A DNA stretch of 59,790 nt, filler included, from Sphacelaria rigidula (lineage: Eukaryota): the NCBI GenBank assembly GCA_964200075.2. It is 6 parts of 6 records of this genome, joined end to end, with 100 filler letters (N's around TTAATTAATTAA, not from the genome) between each part and the next. Parts side by side here need not be neighbours in the genome. Positions count along the whole stretch, not along the records: positions 1 to 9,884 come from CAXNAA020007559.1; positions 9,985 to 19,867 come from CAXNAA020007560.1; 4 more parts are not named here. One strand, 5' to 3'. The position numbers and the translations under genes are program-made. Every line of letters begins with the position of its first letter. Within the stretch, counting starts at the first letter, position 1. The notes under the pieces are model-generated. The model did no database searches. It saw only the letters and a list, made by a program, of their open reading frames with translations, and was not told the DNA's origin. Positions 1 through 11,359 of the stretch are shown here, piece by piece.

Positions 1-610
1 TCTTGGAACCCTTCAAGGCAGTGTCAGCATATCCAGGGAACCCACACCACATGGTTGAACCCGCGGTGGCCGCCGTTGATTCACGTGTGTGATGTGTGTG
101 GCCTGGCCGAGCGAAAGAAAATTGTTGGGTGCTTCTGCGGTGATTTACCGGCGAACGTTGATTCCAAATTGTGGGGTTGTGCCAACGATTGGGGAACAAA
201 CGGTCGATATAAAATGAACGGGCAGGTGGTGGCTCCCAGATTTTTGGATCAGCCACATGTCCTGTGTTACCCCACTGATAGCTGCTCAGAAACGCGGGAG
301 TTTGGGAAACGTTCCCAGAAAACGGTCAAGTTGTGCGATGAGCATCACGGGTGGGTTGTTGGGCGTCTTCCTGGCGTGGGGGACCCGTAGGGCTAGGTGC
401 AATCATCAGGGGTCGTCTTCCGTCTTGTGATTGTACCTGGTTCTGCAGTTGAGAGTTTGCTGGGTCAGACTGTGTTAGACGTGGCGCCGAGTCAGCGGGC
501 CGCGTCTGATAGTGCGTTGTTTGGTACTGCGGGTTTTGGTAGGGAGAATCGTTACCATAAAAGCGATTACCCCGTCTAGGGCGGTTGGTTTGGCCACGCG
601 CGTCGCCGGA

Positions 611-3600
611 TTAAGGGCGGCGGTAAGAACGCATACGTGCTTGCCAAGTTAGCCGGCACGATGCATATTGCGGATCGTGGAATATGTTATTCAAGACGCT
701 GAATGCGTTCACAAAGGGTGCCTCACAGGTGCGCATGGAGTGGATGGGAACTCTGCCGTCGGCGGAGTACCCAATTTGTCCATCGAACCATATTCCGCAA
801 TTGAGGCATTTGTCCTTACACTCACGGATAAGCTCATTACGGATGTTGGGTTCAACGTCGCGGGCCCAGAGGGGGGGTGTCATGGTTATTCACTGAGGTG
901 CTCACGTTGAACACCTCCGGCCAAATTTCGTTGGCGAAGGGCCAGCTTGGGAATCGACTAGCAAATGCATCTGGTACCTGAACCTTGGCGGTCATCATAA
1001 CTTCCCCTGCAGAAGTCATTGAGTCAGGCATCCACGCCGGCTGACTCGATTTCCTGCTGGACTGCGTTCGTGACGCAGGAGCCACTGGAGTGAGGAGAGG
1101 TTCCTGACTAATCACCTGAGTAGCGTGTTGGCTAAATGCCGAAGTGGTGCCGTCCTGTCTTACTCCTGTCGACTCGACAGCCTGTGTTCGATTCGTACGC
1201 AACCCATCGAGTCGACTCCACATTTCGTCGAGATTTGCAAATGGTACTACTTCCGTAGCTGCATCACTCACAAAAACACTCGGCATTAGAATGGGGGTAT
1301 TGTCGCCCCATACTGGAACGAAAGAGAGACATTACCATCTCGTTGGTCGGGGCTAGTTCACGCTCACCATCCACGGTGACCGAAATTAGAGTGCGAAAGT
1401 CCTTCAAGTACTGATCGAAGGGAGTGTTCACGGGGCCCTTGAAGGTGAGTAATCTCTCAATAGATTCTCCTTCGTAGCTGGTGTCAAGCGACGAGCTAAG
1501 CAACCGTAACAAAAGTGTGAACGCCTCGTTCCCACTGGCGCCCTTGTTGAGGGCCCGCGACACTTGGTCGAAGTGAGCGTCGCACATTGCAGTAATTTTG
1601 GAGGATTGCAAGGAGTTGAGGTCAATCGCCTGTTCTAGTGCCCGATGCAACGGGCGGCTCCACCCACGGACCCACTCGCTGCTTTCGAGACTGACGAAAT
1701 TTGGGTCGCAAATGGCGAGAATATCGCTCAATACATTGTTGAGCGATGACCTCAACTGACTGCAGTTGAGACTTGCGTTGGATCCTGCAATGAAAGGCAA
1801 TCGGGGTTTGACCTTACCAACACTCTTGATGTTGAGTTCCAAATAATCTCGTCGGATGCTGGGGGCGTCGCTGCGGGTTGTGTGGGGAGGTGCAGATTGA
1901 GTCTGTGCACCAGTCTCTGTATTGGATAGAGCACTCTCCTTTTTTCTTCCATCAAAACCCGTTTCTTTTCGGTTTTGGCTGGCTTACCTTCCTCTTTTTC
2001 TTTCAAGAGGGAGTGACATTGCTTGGCAGTGGTGGAAGACAGAGGTGAAAAGTCGGAGAGTGTGTGCGCAGATGGTCGCTTGGAGCGGATCTGGTCATTG
2101 TAGCGGGGTGAACCGTGGCTGTCTGTATCACTGTCATCGGTACTCGACGCGTGGGATTTGAAGCGCGCGGATTGTTTCTTGGCCCGTCTATGTCTCGGTT
2201 AAATGCTACCACCGCTAACTGTACCTGTATTTTTGCCCGGGGTCTGCCATTCTGCGTCAACGCGCGGAGGGTGTTGTGTAATTCGTTGCCCATCATCCCC
2301 AGTATTTTGCTCCCATGTGCCGCTTGCGTGGTCCAAGTTGTTTTGGGGTGGCTGAGAAAGAATCGTTTTGCGAATTTCCTCGACGTCACGGAACATGGTG
2401 ATGAGGGGCTCGACATACTCATGTTGGATCTGTGTGGTGGTGTGGTCGGGGTGGGGCTGAGATTGCACACATCTCACTACTCCCGCAAGTGTGGCAGTCT
2501 CGCGGTTGTTGGCGTACCAGGCAAGCAGGCTATTGGCCTTCTCAAAAATCGGGTCTGCTAGGTGGTGCGCCTGAAATGTGTAACGCACCAAGTCAGCTGG
2601 TTCGTCGACAAAAGATGCGAGAGGGATAGTCGACAAGTGTATGATACCGGACAAATCTAGTGTAGAAAAACCTGGGTCCTGCACGCGTAATGGTGCAGGG
2701 GATGGTCCTACATGAGTCTCGCCCTTTGCCGCCATCGCGTACGATGGGTTAGCGTGGGGAACGATGTTGATGCGTGGGGGGGGCGTTGAGGGGGGAGGGG
2801 GTTGTTGACGGGCGCCTGCAGGCTGATACGTGGAGATAGGACGGTCCTGTGTTGGGGCCGATGTAAGAACTTGCTGTGGGGGGCGGGGGAGTCCCGTGTG
2901 GAGAGGGGAGTCTGTACGTGATTCAATCTTGAAGACTGGGTTGGTGATCTGAGGTACCTTGGATGAAGTTTTCGGTTCATTTAAGGATGAGGAGGGGTCG
3001 ACATGCAGAAGATGGAGGCGTCTGAGTTGTTCGTCCAAACCGGACTGTGATACAGAGAGACGGACTGTTGCTTGCTCAGAGTGCAAACTGTGAGTTCGCT
3101 GGGCTTCTTCCAGCTGTAACTGTGCGGTCCGAACAGCTTTTGCTGATTGGCGCAATACTTTATTTTGTTTGCTCTGTTGCAGAGCAAGGGCCTGTCTCTG
3201 ATGGTCCACATCACGTTGAGTACGTATGAGGAGTTGACTGCGATCAAATTCTTGGCGCCTATCGCGTTCTGCCTTGGCCTTATCGGCCTGTAAATAAAGA
3301 GCATCCCAGTATTCTGCCTGTTCCAAAGGCGTCCACTGTTCCCACAAATGAGGTGGGATGACCTCAGGCCGAGAGTGCTGGAATTGGTTTTTAGATTTGT
3401 CCCTCACTTTTTGGGGGGGGCGCGTCGTGGTGGTGTGTTTGTTCGAAACACCATCAGCTGTCGCCGGTGGTGCAGTGTCCGGTTCAGGGCTTGGCTGAAC
3501 AGGGGGTAGCGTCGAGTAAGATTCCGTCGGTTGGTCAATGTCTAGAGTGTATGACGGATGAGGCGTGACACTGTTGTCAGTGATCACGTCCCCGGTAGTC

Positions 3601-4178
3601 AGAGGAGGGGCAATTCCCGTATCGACATCCGGTGTCTCGGAGGGAGTACGACCGTCTACGTAATCGTCTACGCCTTGATCCTGATCGTTGTCGTCCATAC
3701 TACCTGATCGGGTATTTTGGTTCTTCCCCGGGGTGGCATCGTCTGTGAACAGATCTTGGGCAGGTGAACCCGTCGTGCGTGCGATATCGGACATGGTATA
3801 TATGCCTGGGGAGGAACGTGGTATAGGCAACGTGGAAATCAAGAGATTGATCACGGATCGGGGCGTCGTACATTGATGCGGGAATGTTGACCGAGTGGTA
3901 TGGCTAGTTTGTGGGTTCGTCGGTATCGGGGGGATACAAAAGCTCCGCCCCGATTGTGAGGTACCTGTTGCGGTGTTGTTACAGGCGGGCTTGTGTAGAG
4001 ACAAACTTTCTTTGTACGGGCAAGTTTTCCCCATCGATAAAGCATCGATGAAAGTATCGGACAGTGCGTTGGAATATTCCGTGTTGGAAAAACATAATTC
4101 ATTGCCTGTACAGCGGGTTGAATTTGAAACAGCCCGCGCCCGCTCTGTCTGCCAACAGAGACCGGTAGTGGGGCACAC
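611..4178 (-). mobile_element. Frameshifted gag-like region of a probable LTR retrotransposon (ORF pieces 4178-2199, 2470-2003, 2006-1752, 1842-1264, 1286-852, 883-611)
   Basis: About 3.5 kb of consecutive, overlapping, intron-free minus-strand ORFs. They give a Pro/Thr/Gln-rich N-terminus with a coiled-coil (DKAKAERDRRQEFDRSQLLIRTQRDVDHQRQ), a helical capsid-like segment (LSSSLDTSYEGESIERLLTF...PFDQYLKDFRTLISV) and a C-terminal Cys/His knuckle-like motif (CKDKCLNCG...HSMRTC). No pol motifs or paired LTRs were confirmed. Confidence 0.5.
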
Positions 4179-5965
4179 ATCGGTTGGCTCGGTGTTTCCC
4201 GAGCCGAGAAGAAATGCGGAGGGGTGTTGTAGCGAAGGGGAGAATAAAGTTTACTATCTAGAACAAGCGTACTGCAATAAAAACTCGAGCGACATGGACA
4301 ACAGCGGCCCGTGTGCGGACGAAATGTGGGGCGGGTATACAGATTATATGTGGGTGGTGACGCTGTTGGTTTTTCGAACCGTGTACAACGGTACGAAAGA
4401 GAGTCCATCCGTCCCGGGGTATTGACGTGTTACGTCAATATGACCTGTGGGTGGGGAAGTAGTTTGTTGTGTAGCGAGGTATCGCTCGCGAACGCGGGCG
4501 CGCCTCAAGCGCCTGAGCGTGCGTTCGTCAATGTCTGAGACGAAACTGGGTACATTGCGCGACATCTGTGGCCTGTGGTCAAACCAGACAACTGAAAGTA
4601 GCACGTGGACAGCTTGTCGTAAGAAAAACAGCTCATCACCCGCTGAACGGTGTACACAAAATCAAGTGAAAATCGAAGACCGAAAATACAGGGCTTGAAA
4701 AAACAAACCAACGAAGGCTTGTGGTGGACTGGTACGCGTACAGCAGCAGCCCACCGAGAGAAAAATAGTACAGCTTGAGGTCATAAGCTACCTCTGAAGC
4801 CCCATGAATGTGGAAGTATAAGCAACTACCGCAAGCAGTAGTGCCGTATACACCGAATGCAAGCAAGCCACACTCTTGTGGGGTGTAGGCAGGCGGTCCT
4901 GTTTCCGACTTGCTAACCCAAACTACTATTTCACTCTCTCAATACAATAGCCTAGTTGTCAAAGTGGGAACAGCCCCAAAGCTAGCAAACAAATAACAAT
5001 GGTAAATGAGAGTAGAAATACAGCACTGCTAAGACTCACGTCAAAGCTGCGGTCTCGCGACACTGAAGACAGGAGATCGGTGGGTAGCTGATGAGTAAAG
5101 CTCTTCTTTATATCCAATGAGGCCTGAAGACTGTCGTCGGGGTTTCCGAGTGGGACAGGGGGGTAGAGCAGCTGCCCATACATCCGTCTGCCCCGGTTAC
5201 AATCTCATCATAATACAAAATCACCGTGACGCGTCGTACCTTTAGGTAATCAAGGCTGTAGTAGCAGCAGGTACACGCGGCTAATCGGGTATAACCCATC
5301 TACCTTCAACCCGCTGCGTCAACAATAAAAGGATCGAATCCTGTCTCATACAAACACACATTCGACTAGAATCTTTCCATACCCGCTGGTCGTTTCTAGA
5401 GACCATCTGCGTATCCACAAGGAACTAGTTTTAATCCAGGCACTCAGTCATTTACCATCACAATATTCTGGTCCTAAGGTGCATGTTTTTATTATTCCCT
5501 CTTCATCTTCCATACCAAAATCGTTGAGGGTGCGGGGTTTCTCATTTTTTGCCGGTTCCGGTGGGAATTCCGAACAGTTTTTTTTTTGTGTAGGCCATAT
5601 GACAGCCCAGGTTTGGTACCTTTTGTGCTTACCCACCGATAAAAAAAGTAATAATGGCTTATACTCAACTTCAAAAAAACATTTTTCAGTTTTGAGGAAC
5701 GTTTTACTGGAACGCTGCTAAGGTATGAAAGAAATGAAAATATAATGAAAAGAACTCACGGAGCTAAATGATTTTTTGTTATTATGCACTAGCAGTTCTC
5801 GGTGAACGAATCGCTTGGCTAGCATGTCAAATTTCAAAGCAAAAGTCTCAAAACCAGACTCGCGAAAATCCAGATTTAGTGCATTTATTTAGTGCCCCTG
5901 CTTCTAATATATTGAGTTTAGCACGAAATATTATGGGGTCCATATCTGTAGACAGCTAACAAGAA

Positions 5966-6599
5966 CCTGGATCCGTTTTCGAAGTTCAACATTTGGGTGG
6001 GGTTCAACTCGAGAACAGTGATTTCCCTGACCTAAAGTAATCATCAATTAATTTCATATGGACGACCTCATGTCCCCCGACCTCCTTAAAACTATTCTTG
6101 GGGAAGTTGCCCGTCTTCTGTACCCTCATAGCGTATGTGCGAAGCACCTTTTGCCTCGATATGGGGGCGAAAAAAGGAACGTTTTTAGCCCGAAATTGGT
6201 GCTTTCGCATATACGCTTTGGGGGCACGGAAGACGGGAGCCATGCTACGACAGGGAGGGGGTGTTCGATTCCACGAAAACATTTGCTCATAGATGCGTGA
6301 AACGATCTGAAACACTCGCGGTGCGCCTGTATTTGGGTACAAGCGGTGTAAGGCCGTACGGACAAACATTATTTATCGGGAGCAAGCGCGTTCGAACAAC
6401 TGTCGGCTGCTTTCAACAGCGATTGAAGCAGAATTTCATGGAATAAAACGGCCCAAAATACCCCCCCTATCGTAGCATGACTCACGGGCAACCCCCAAAG
6501 GTAGTTTCAAGGAGGCATTGGTCACGACTTCAGGTCAGGGAAAGCACTGTTTTCGAGTTGAAGCTCACCTAAATGTTGAACCACAAAGACGGATCCAGG
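5966..6599. mobile_element. Non-autonomous TIR element (MITE-like) with ~70-bp imperfect terminal inverted repeats
   Basis: Left cctggatccgt...gttcaacatttgggtggggttcaactcgagaacagtgatttccctgacctaaagt pairs with right acttcaggtcagggaaagcactgttttcgagttgaagctcacctaaatgttgaacc...acggatccagg. A related end occurs at ~40620-40735. Confidence 0.65.
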
Positions 6600-7059
6600 C
6601 TATTTAATGAATAAGGTGGAGGTGAGGGTATCGGTCGTTTTACCATGATCCAGGGGATGTTCACACCGAATATCTTTATCATCCACTGTATGTATCGTTC
6701 GGGGTTAAAAAAAAACTTTAGCATGGACTTTACCTCCGCCTGGTATAGGAATTTCCCGACATGGTGGCGTCTAACCAGCGCGGAAAAATTGGGCCAGGCT
6801 TTGAACATGTTGTAGTACTTTACCCTTGATTCCACGTTCAATAACATAATATGCGGAGTACGGCCTACTGAGTCTCTGTTTCAATCAGATAATATATATA
6901 TATATAGCTATGAGAGCTTGATCCTTTTTTTGCTGGCCCAGCCCGCACAGGTGTCATTTTGGGCGAACCAAAACAAGATGGGTCGCATCTTGCTCTATGA
7001 CCAAAGATTAAGAGACAACCAAACTCAGAAGGTGTTTTCTTCGCATTCTTAACAGCCGT

Positions 7060-7860
7060 ACATGTAAATGTCCTTATCGTGATGTCCAAAACAACCGATC
7101 GAACACAACAGAAACATTATTGACTTATAATATGTCATCTATCACGTCACCCTCGTAGAAATCACTCGTGCATGTAATTGTCCTCATCGTAACGTCCAAA
7201 ACAACAGAAAAGCACTCTTGACATGCAAGAAATTATATGTCACGTCACCCTCGTAGAAACCATTCATCCAATATCATCGTCCACAACAACCGATCGAACA
7301 CAACAGAAACACTATTGACTTGCAAGATGTCATCTATCACGTCACCCTCGTAGAAATCACTCCTACATGTACATGTCCTCATTGTGATGTCCGGCACAAC
7401 AGAAAAGCACTCCTGACTTGCAAGAAATTATATATCATGTCACCCTCGTAGGAACCACTTGTACATGTGATTGTCATTATTATAATGTCGAACACAAGAG
7501 ATACACTCCTGACTTGCAAGAAATTATATATCACGTCACCCTCGTAGGAATCCCTCGTAGATGTAAATGTCCTCATCGTGACGTCTAAAATGACAGACAA
7601 AAGCACTCCTGACGTGCAAAACATCATATACCACGGCACCCTCGTAGAGATCACCCGTACAAGTAAATCTCCTCATCTTGACAAACAAATGGTAGAAACG
7701 CGCTCACTCCTGACTTGCAAAATATCACACATCACGTCACCCTCAAAGAAACCACCAGTACATATTAATGTCCTCATCGTGACGTCTAAAACAACAACCA
7801 AGCACTCACTCCTGACTTGCAAAATATCACACATCACGTCACCCTCGTAGAAAATCATCC
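7060..7860. repeat. Minisatellite, ~8 degenerate copies of a ~97-102-bp unit
   Basis: The core tcaccctcgtag recurs at ~7147, 7244, 7341, 7440, 7536, 7637, 7737 and 7839, together with ctcctgacttgcaa and gtcctcatcgtgacgtc. Confidence 0.9.
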
Positions 7861-9180
7861 CTCGTCTGAAGATACAAATCGGAACGGTAACATTCCACGT
7901 TTGGGTCGAACATACACAAGATGTACCGCATCGTACCATGTGATATATATACAGAGAGAGAGAGACCACATATTCCTACTGTATATCATCCAGATATCAC
8001 AAACAAACATTCTGACTACACCGCATCTTACACCTCGAGTGAGACGTACCGTTTGATGAATGACGAATGCCTCGGGGTCAAACCCGTCGGGGTGCGGGGT
8101 CTGAGCAAATTCCCAGTCTTACACGGAGTCACTGTATTCCCATCGTGGCAGCTTGTTAACTTCTTTCGTGCAAGCAAGTCACTGTTGGTTACGAGACGCA
8201 CTGGAAAGTGGCCTCGGTATCTAAATATCGAAGATGGGGAGTCCGTAGCTGAATGCTGCACCGACCGTTCTCCTTGTTTTGCGATGTCACCGGTGGTGGC
8301 GTGTGTGCTGCCCTCACAGATGATAAGACCCACTCATCTCTGAAGCGACAAAGTCACGGAGAAAGCGGCATCAAATGTTCGAGGGGGAATCATCAAATTC
8401 CGTCCGATGTAAAACACACCAACGATGCCATTTCTGAATTGCGCGCGTCAAATAAATATGGGTGCTCCCACACACTCGAAGGGATAGCAGACACTGGCCC
8501 CGATATCGGGTACGAAGGCCGATCAAATTGATACAATGAAGCACGCGACGCGTGCTCTAAGTCATGACACTTAAAGCCCCACGTACCTTCGCCTCATTGA
8601 TAAAATTGCATGGGATAGTTACATCCGTTATCGTATGCGCGGCGGGTCGGTTCCATAGGCCGCTCATCTCGTTTGAGTTCGGTGGTATGCGAGTCATCCT
8701 ACGATAGGGGCGGGGGGTGTTTGATTGCACGTAAAAAAAGGCTGATAAGCGTGTCAGATGACCTGCAACACTTGCGATGCACTTGTATTTGGTTCAAAAC
8801 GGTGTCAATCGGTATGAACGAGCGTTATGTATCTATAACAAGCTCGTTCGAGCAACCGTTGCTGATTTTAGCGGAACTTTGCCTCGGACTTTCGTGCAAG
8901 AAGTGGCCCAAAATACCCCCCCTCCCTAACGGAGGATGACTCATGCGCAGTTGTCGTGACCGGTATACAGTGCATGTGTGATCAAAAGCTGCAGTGCATA
9001 TCTTGCGAGTCCGCATAAACGTTTGTTCATCGATCCTCTCTTCCGTAGCTGCACAGCACGATGGCATCGACGGTACCCACGAGCGTAGCTTGTGGCGAAC
9101 GCCTTACGCGCATACGGCGACACACACACGATTGAGCACAATTTCAGTTTCCATTTGGCACCAACGAAAGCAAGTCTCAC

Positions 9181-9884
9181 CTTTGAGGAGGCAAGGGGAA
9201 CTACCGCACTCGGAGCACAGGCTGATAGCGTCAGACATGCAGCACCCCTTCCCGGCGCCTCTGCAGCCCCTGCCACCGCACTGTCCGCATTCCTTCGGAC
9301 AGCAGACCGGTCCGTTGGTGAGGTCTCCGCCGTAATCTGCGCAACTGTCTCCCCCGCCCGTGCCATCTTCTAGTGAAGTATCATCACCTGCCCCGTCGTC
9401 TGATGAAGACTCCAATGAAGTCTCACTGTCGAGAAGGCAAGGGGGGCCTCCACCGTCGGAGCACAGGTCGACGGCGTCGGACGAGCAGCACCCGTCCCGG
9501 ACGCTTCCGCAGCCGTCGCCGCCGCACTGTTCGCATTCCTCCGGACAGCAGACCAGTCCGTCGGTGAGGTCTCCGCCGTAATCTGCGCAACTGTCTCCGC
9601 CTCCTGATGAAGTATCATCATCTTCCCCGTCTCCTGATGAAGTATCATCATCTGCCCCGTCTCCTGATGAAGTATCATCACCTGCCCCGTCGTCTGATGA
9701 AGTCTCACTGTCGAGAAGGCAAGGGGGGCCTCCACCGTCGGAGCACAGGTCGACGGCGTCGGACGAGCAGCACCCGTCCCAGACGCTTCCGCAGCCGTCG
9801 CCGCCGCACTGTTCGCATTCCTCCGGACAGCAGACCAGTCCGTCGGTGAGGTCTCCGCCGTAATCTGCGCAACTGTCTCCGCCT
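9181..9884 (-). CDS. Exon (5' end lost in gap) encoding three tandem 10-Cys modules separated by Asp/Ser/Gly linkers; probable extracellular or cell-wall Cys-rich repeat protein
   Basis: Open frame reads SCADYGGDLTDGLVCCPEECEQCGGDGCGSV(W/R)DGCCSSDAVDLCSDGGGPPCLL twice and SCADYGGDLTNGPVCCPKECGQCGGRGCRGAGKGCCMSDAISLCSECGSSPCLL once. The linker is built from 30-bp repeats (DDTSSGDG). The exon ends at a canonical AAAG|GTGAGA donor (intron starts at 9180). Confidence 0.75.
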
Positions 9885-9984
9885 NNNNNNNNNNNNNNNN
9901 NNNNNNNNNNNNNNNNNNNNNNNNNNNNTTAATTAATTAANNNNNNNNNNNNNNNNNNNNNNNNNNNNNNNNNNNNNNNNNNNN
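9885..9984. other. Assembly gap with artificial six-frame-stop linker (N44-TTAATTAATTAA-N44); identical gaps at 19868-19967, 29850-29949, 39831-39930 and 49811-49910
   Basis: The same 100-bp construct occurs five times at ~10-kb spacing. Confidence 0.95.
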
Positions 9985-10873
9985 AAGTTGTGTTGTTCAA
10001 ACCGATTGAAGAATGATGCCAACTGTTCGACGTGTTCAGCCGGTGTGGAGTCGTGGCACACCGCATCATCAAGGTACATATGGCATTTGGGCAATCCATC
10101 AGTTACACGGATCATTACACGTTGAAACGCACCTGGAGCTCCGGCGGCACCTTGTGGTGTAACCAGCCACTCATACAAACCTGATGGCGTGCAAAACGCT
10201 GTCAGTTCAATGGAATTTGGATCTATCACAAGCTGGTGGTAGCCGGACTGCATGTCAAAGTTCGAAAATACTTTACCCCCGCCAAGAGAGTCAATAATTT
10301 CATCAATCCGTGGAAGTGGCAGCCGGGTGAGTTTGGTGACAGCGTTCGATCGTTGATAATTGGCCGTCAGTCTGATTTTGCCATTTTCCTCACGGACGAC
10401 TACTAAGGGCGAGGCCCACGGAGACGTCGAGTGCCGAATTGAACCGGCGGAAAAGTAACCATCTAAAATTACCTGGATCTCATCCGCTAAAAGGGGGTGA
10501 GTACGGTACGGACGCATAGTAATGGGCGGAGTGCCATCGGGATTTTGATCTTGAACGGTGTCGTGGTACATCGACCTAAATCCAAGGGTGCAGCAGAAAA
10601 CCGTTCAGAATATCTGATCAAGATGGATCTCAATCTATCGATCACAGTGGGTGTCCAACCATCGCCAGATAGATCAAAAACAATATGCCGTAAGTGAGGG
10701 GGGATGTCATTCCACAATTTTTGAAAACTGGCGCGTTGTTTTGATGAAAATCTATCGAGTAATGGAGTCGGGGGTTGAGGTTCAGGCGCATCTGGTGGAT
10801 TTGTCACCACCATGGGGTCTTGCATGTGTAGCGGAGGGGGGGTGTAGAGTAGTCCACCTACAGTATCCATCAT
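9985..10873 (-). mobile_element. Ty3/gypsy LTR retrotransposon pol fragment (reverse transcriptase), frameshifted and truncated by the gap
   Basis: Motifs RPYR, SPWASPLVVV, PLPRIDEIIDSL, FDMQSGYHQL, TAFCTP.GLYEW..TPQG..GAP..FQR and catalytic YLDD. The upstream part (..RYSERFSAAPLDLGRCTTTPFKIKIP) is in another frame, with a frameshift near 10545. Confidence 0.93.
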
Positions 10874-11359
10874 GTAGATATGCGGCGGATCCTGGATTGG
10901 TTGTTTGGAGGATGACTATTGGATGCGTAACATATCGTGTTCGTGAGGAAAGCTCGTGAGGCTTACTTCTGGTTAACGAAGACTGCCGTTTGTATAACTG
11001 CTTGAAGTCTTGAAGTCTCTGGAGCCCGTGACTGGGAGGAAGCCTCTGGAGCAGCACTGTAACCTTGTCCTGATTGCAGGCAGGTTCACAGTGGTCGTAG
11101 CTTGTTTTTATGGTATTACTTGCACTCAGTATACCATTCCAGAGTTTTTCCGGAGTGTTTTTTGGGTCCCGATTCTACACTGAAACGTAGTAATTTACAC
11201 TAACACAGGGTGGACCGGAAAAAAAACGGAAAGGAGTGTACATGCTACAATGTGGCCATTTTCATGAGGCACAAAATCCAGGTCGGCTGTGGAAAGAGAA
11301 GAGGGGCTATCGTGATGAATTCCGCATATCCTTCTGGCGATGACTTGCAGTGTGCAGTC

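Noticed and set aside
4427..5324. Candidate 5' LTR (TGTT...AACA) upstream of the gag-like region
   Set aside because: No second LTR copy, clear PBS or TSD in the window to support it.
6058..6300. Shared peptide DDLM.PD / NS.FPDLK between ORFs at ~6010-6100 and 40532-40753
   Set aside because: Explained by nucleotide-level TIR repeats. Stops interrupt the frame.
7060..7860. CRISPR-like array or repeat-protein ORFs (YEGDV..FLQVRS)
   Set aside because: Eukaryotic context, homologous spacers, no cas genes, and frames broken between units.
9929..9940. TTAATTAATTAA palindrome recurring every ~10 kb
   Set aside because: Always centred in 100-bp N gaps, so it is a scaffolding linker. It also means adjacency across gaps (e.g. 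Cys-rich exon next to the gypsy RT) is not evidence of linkage.
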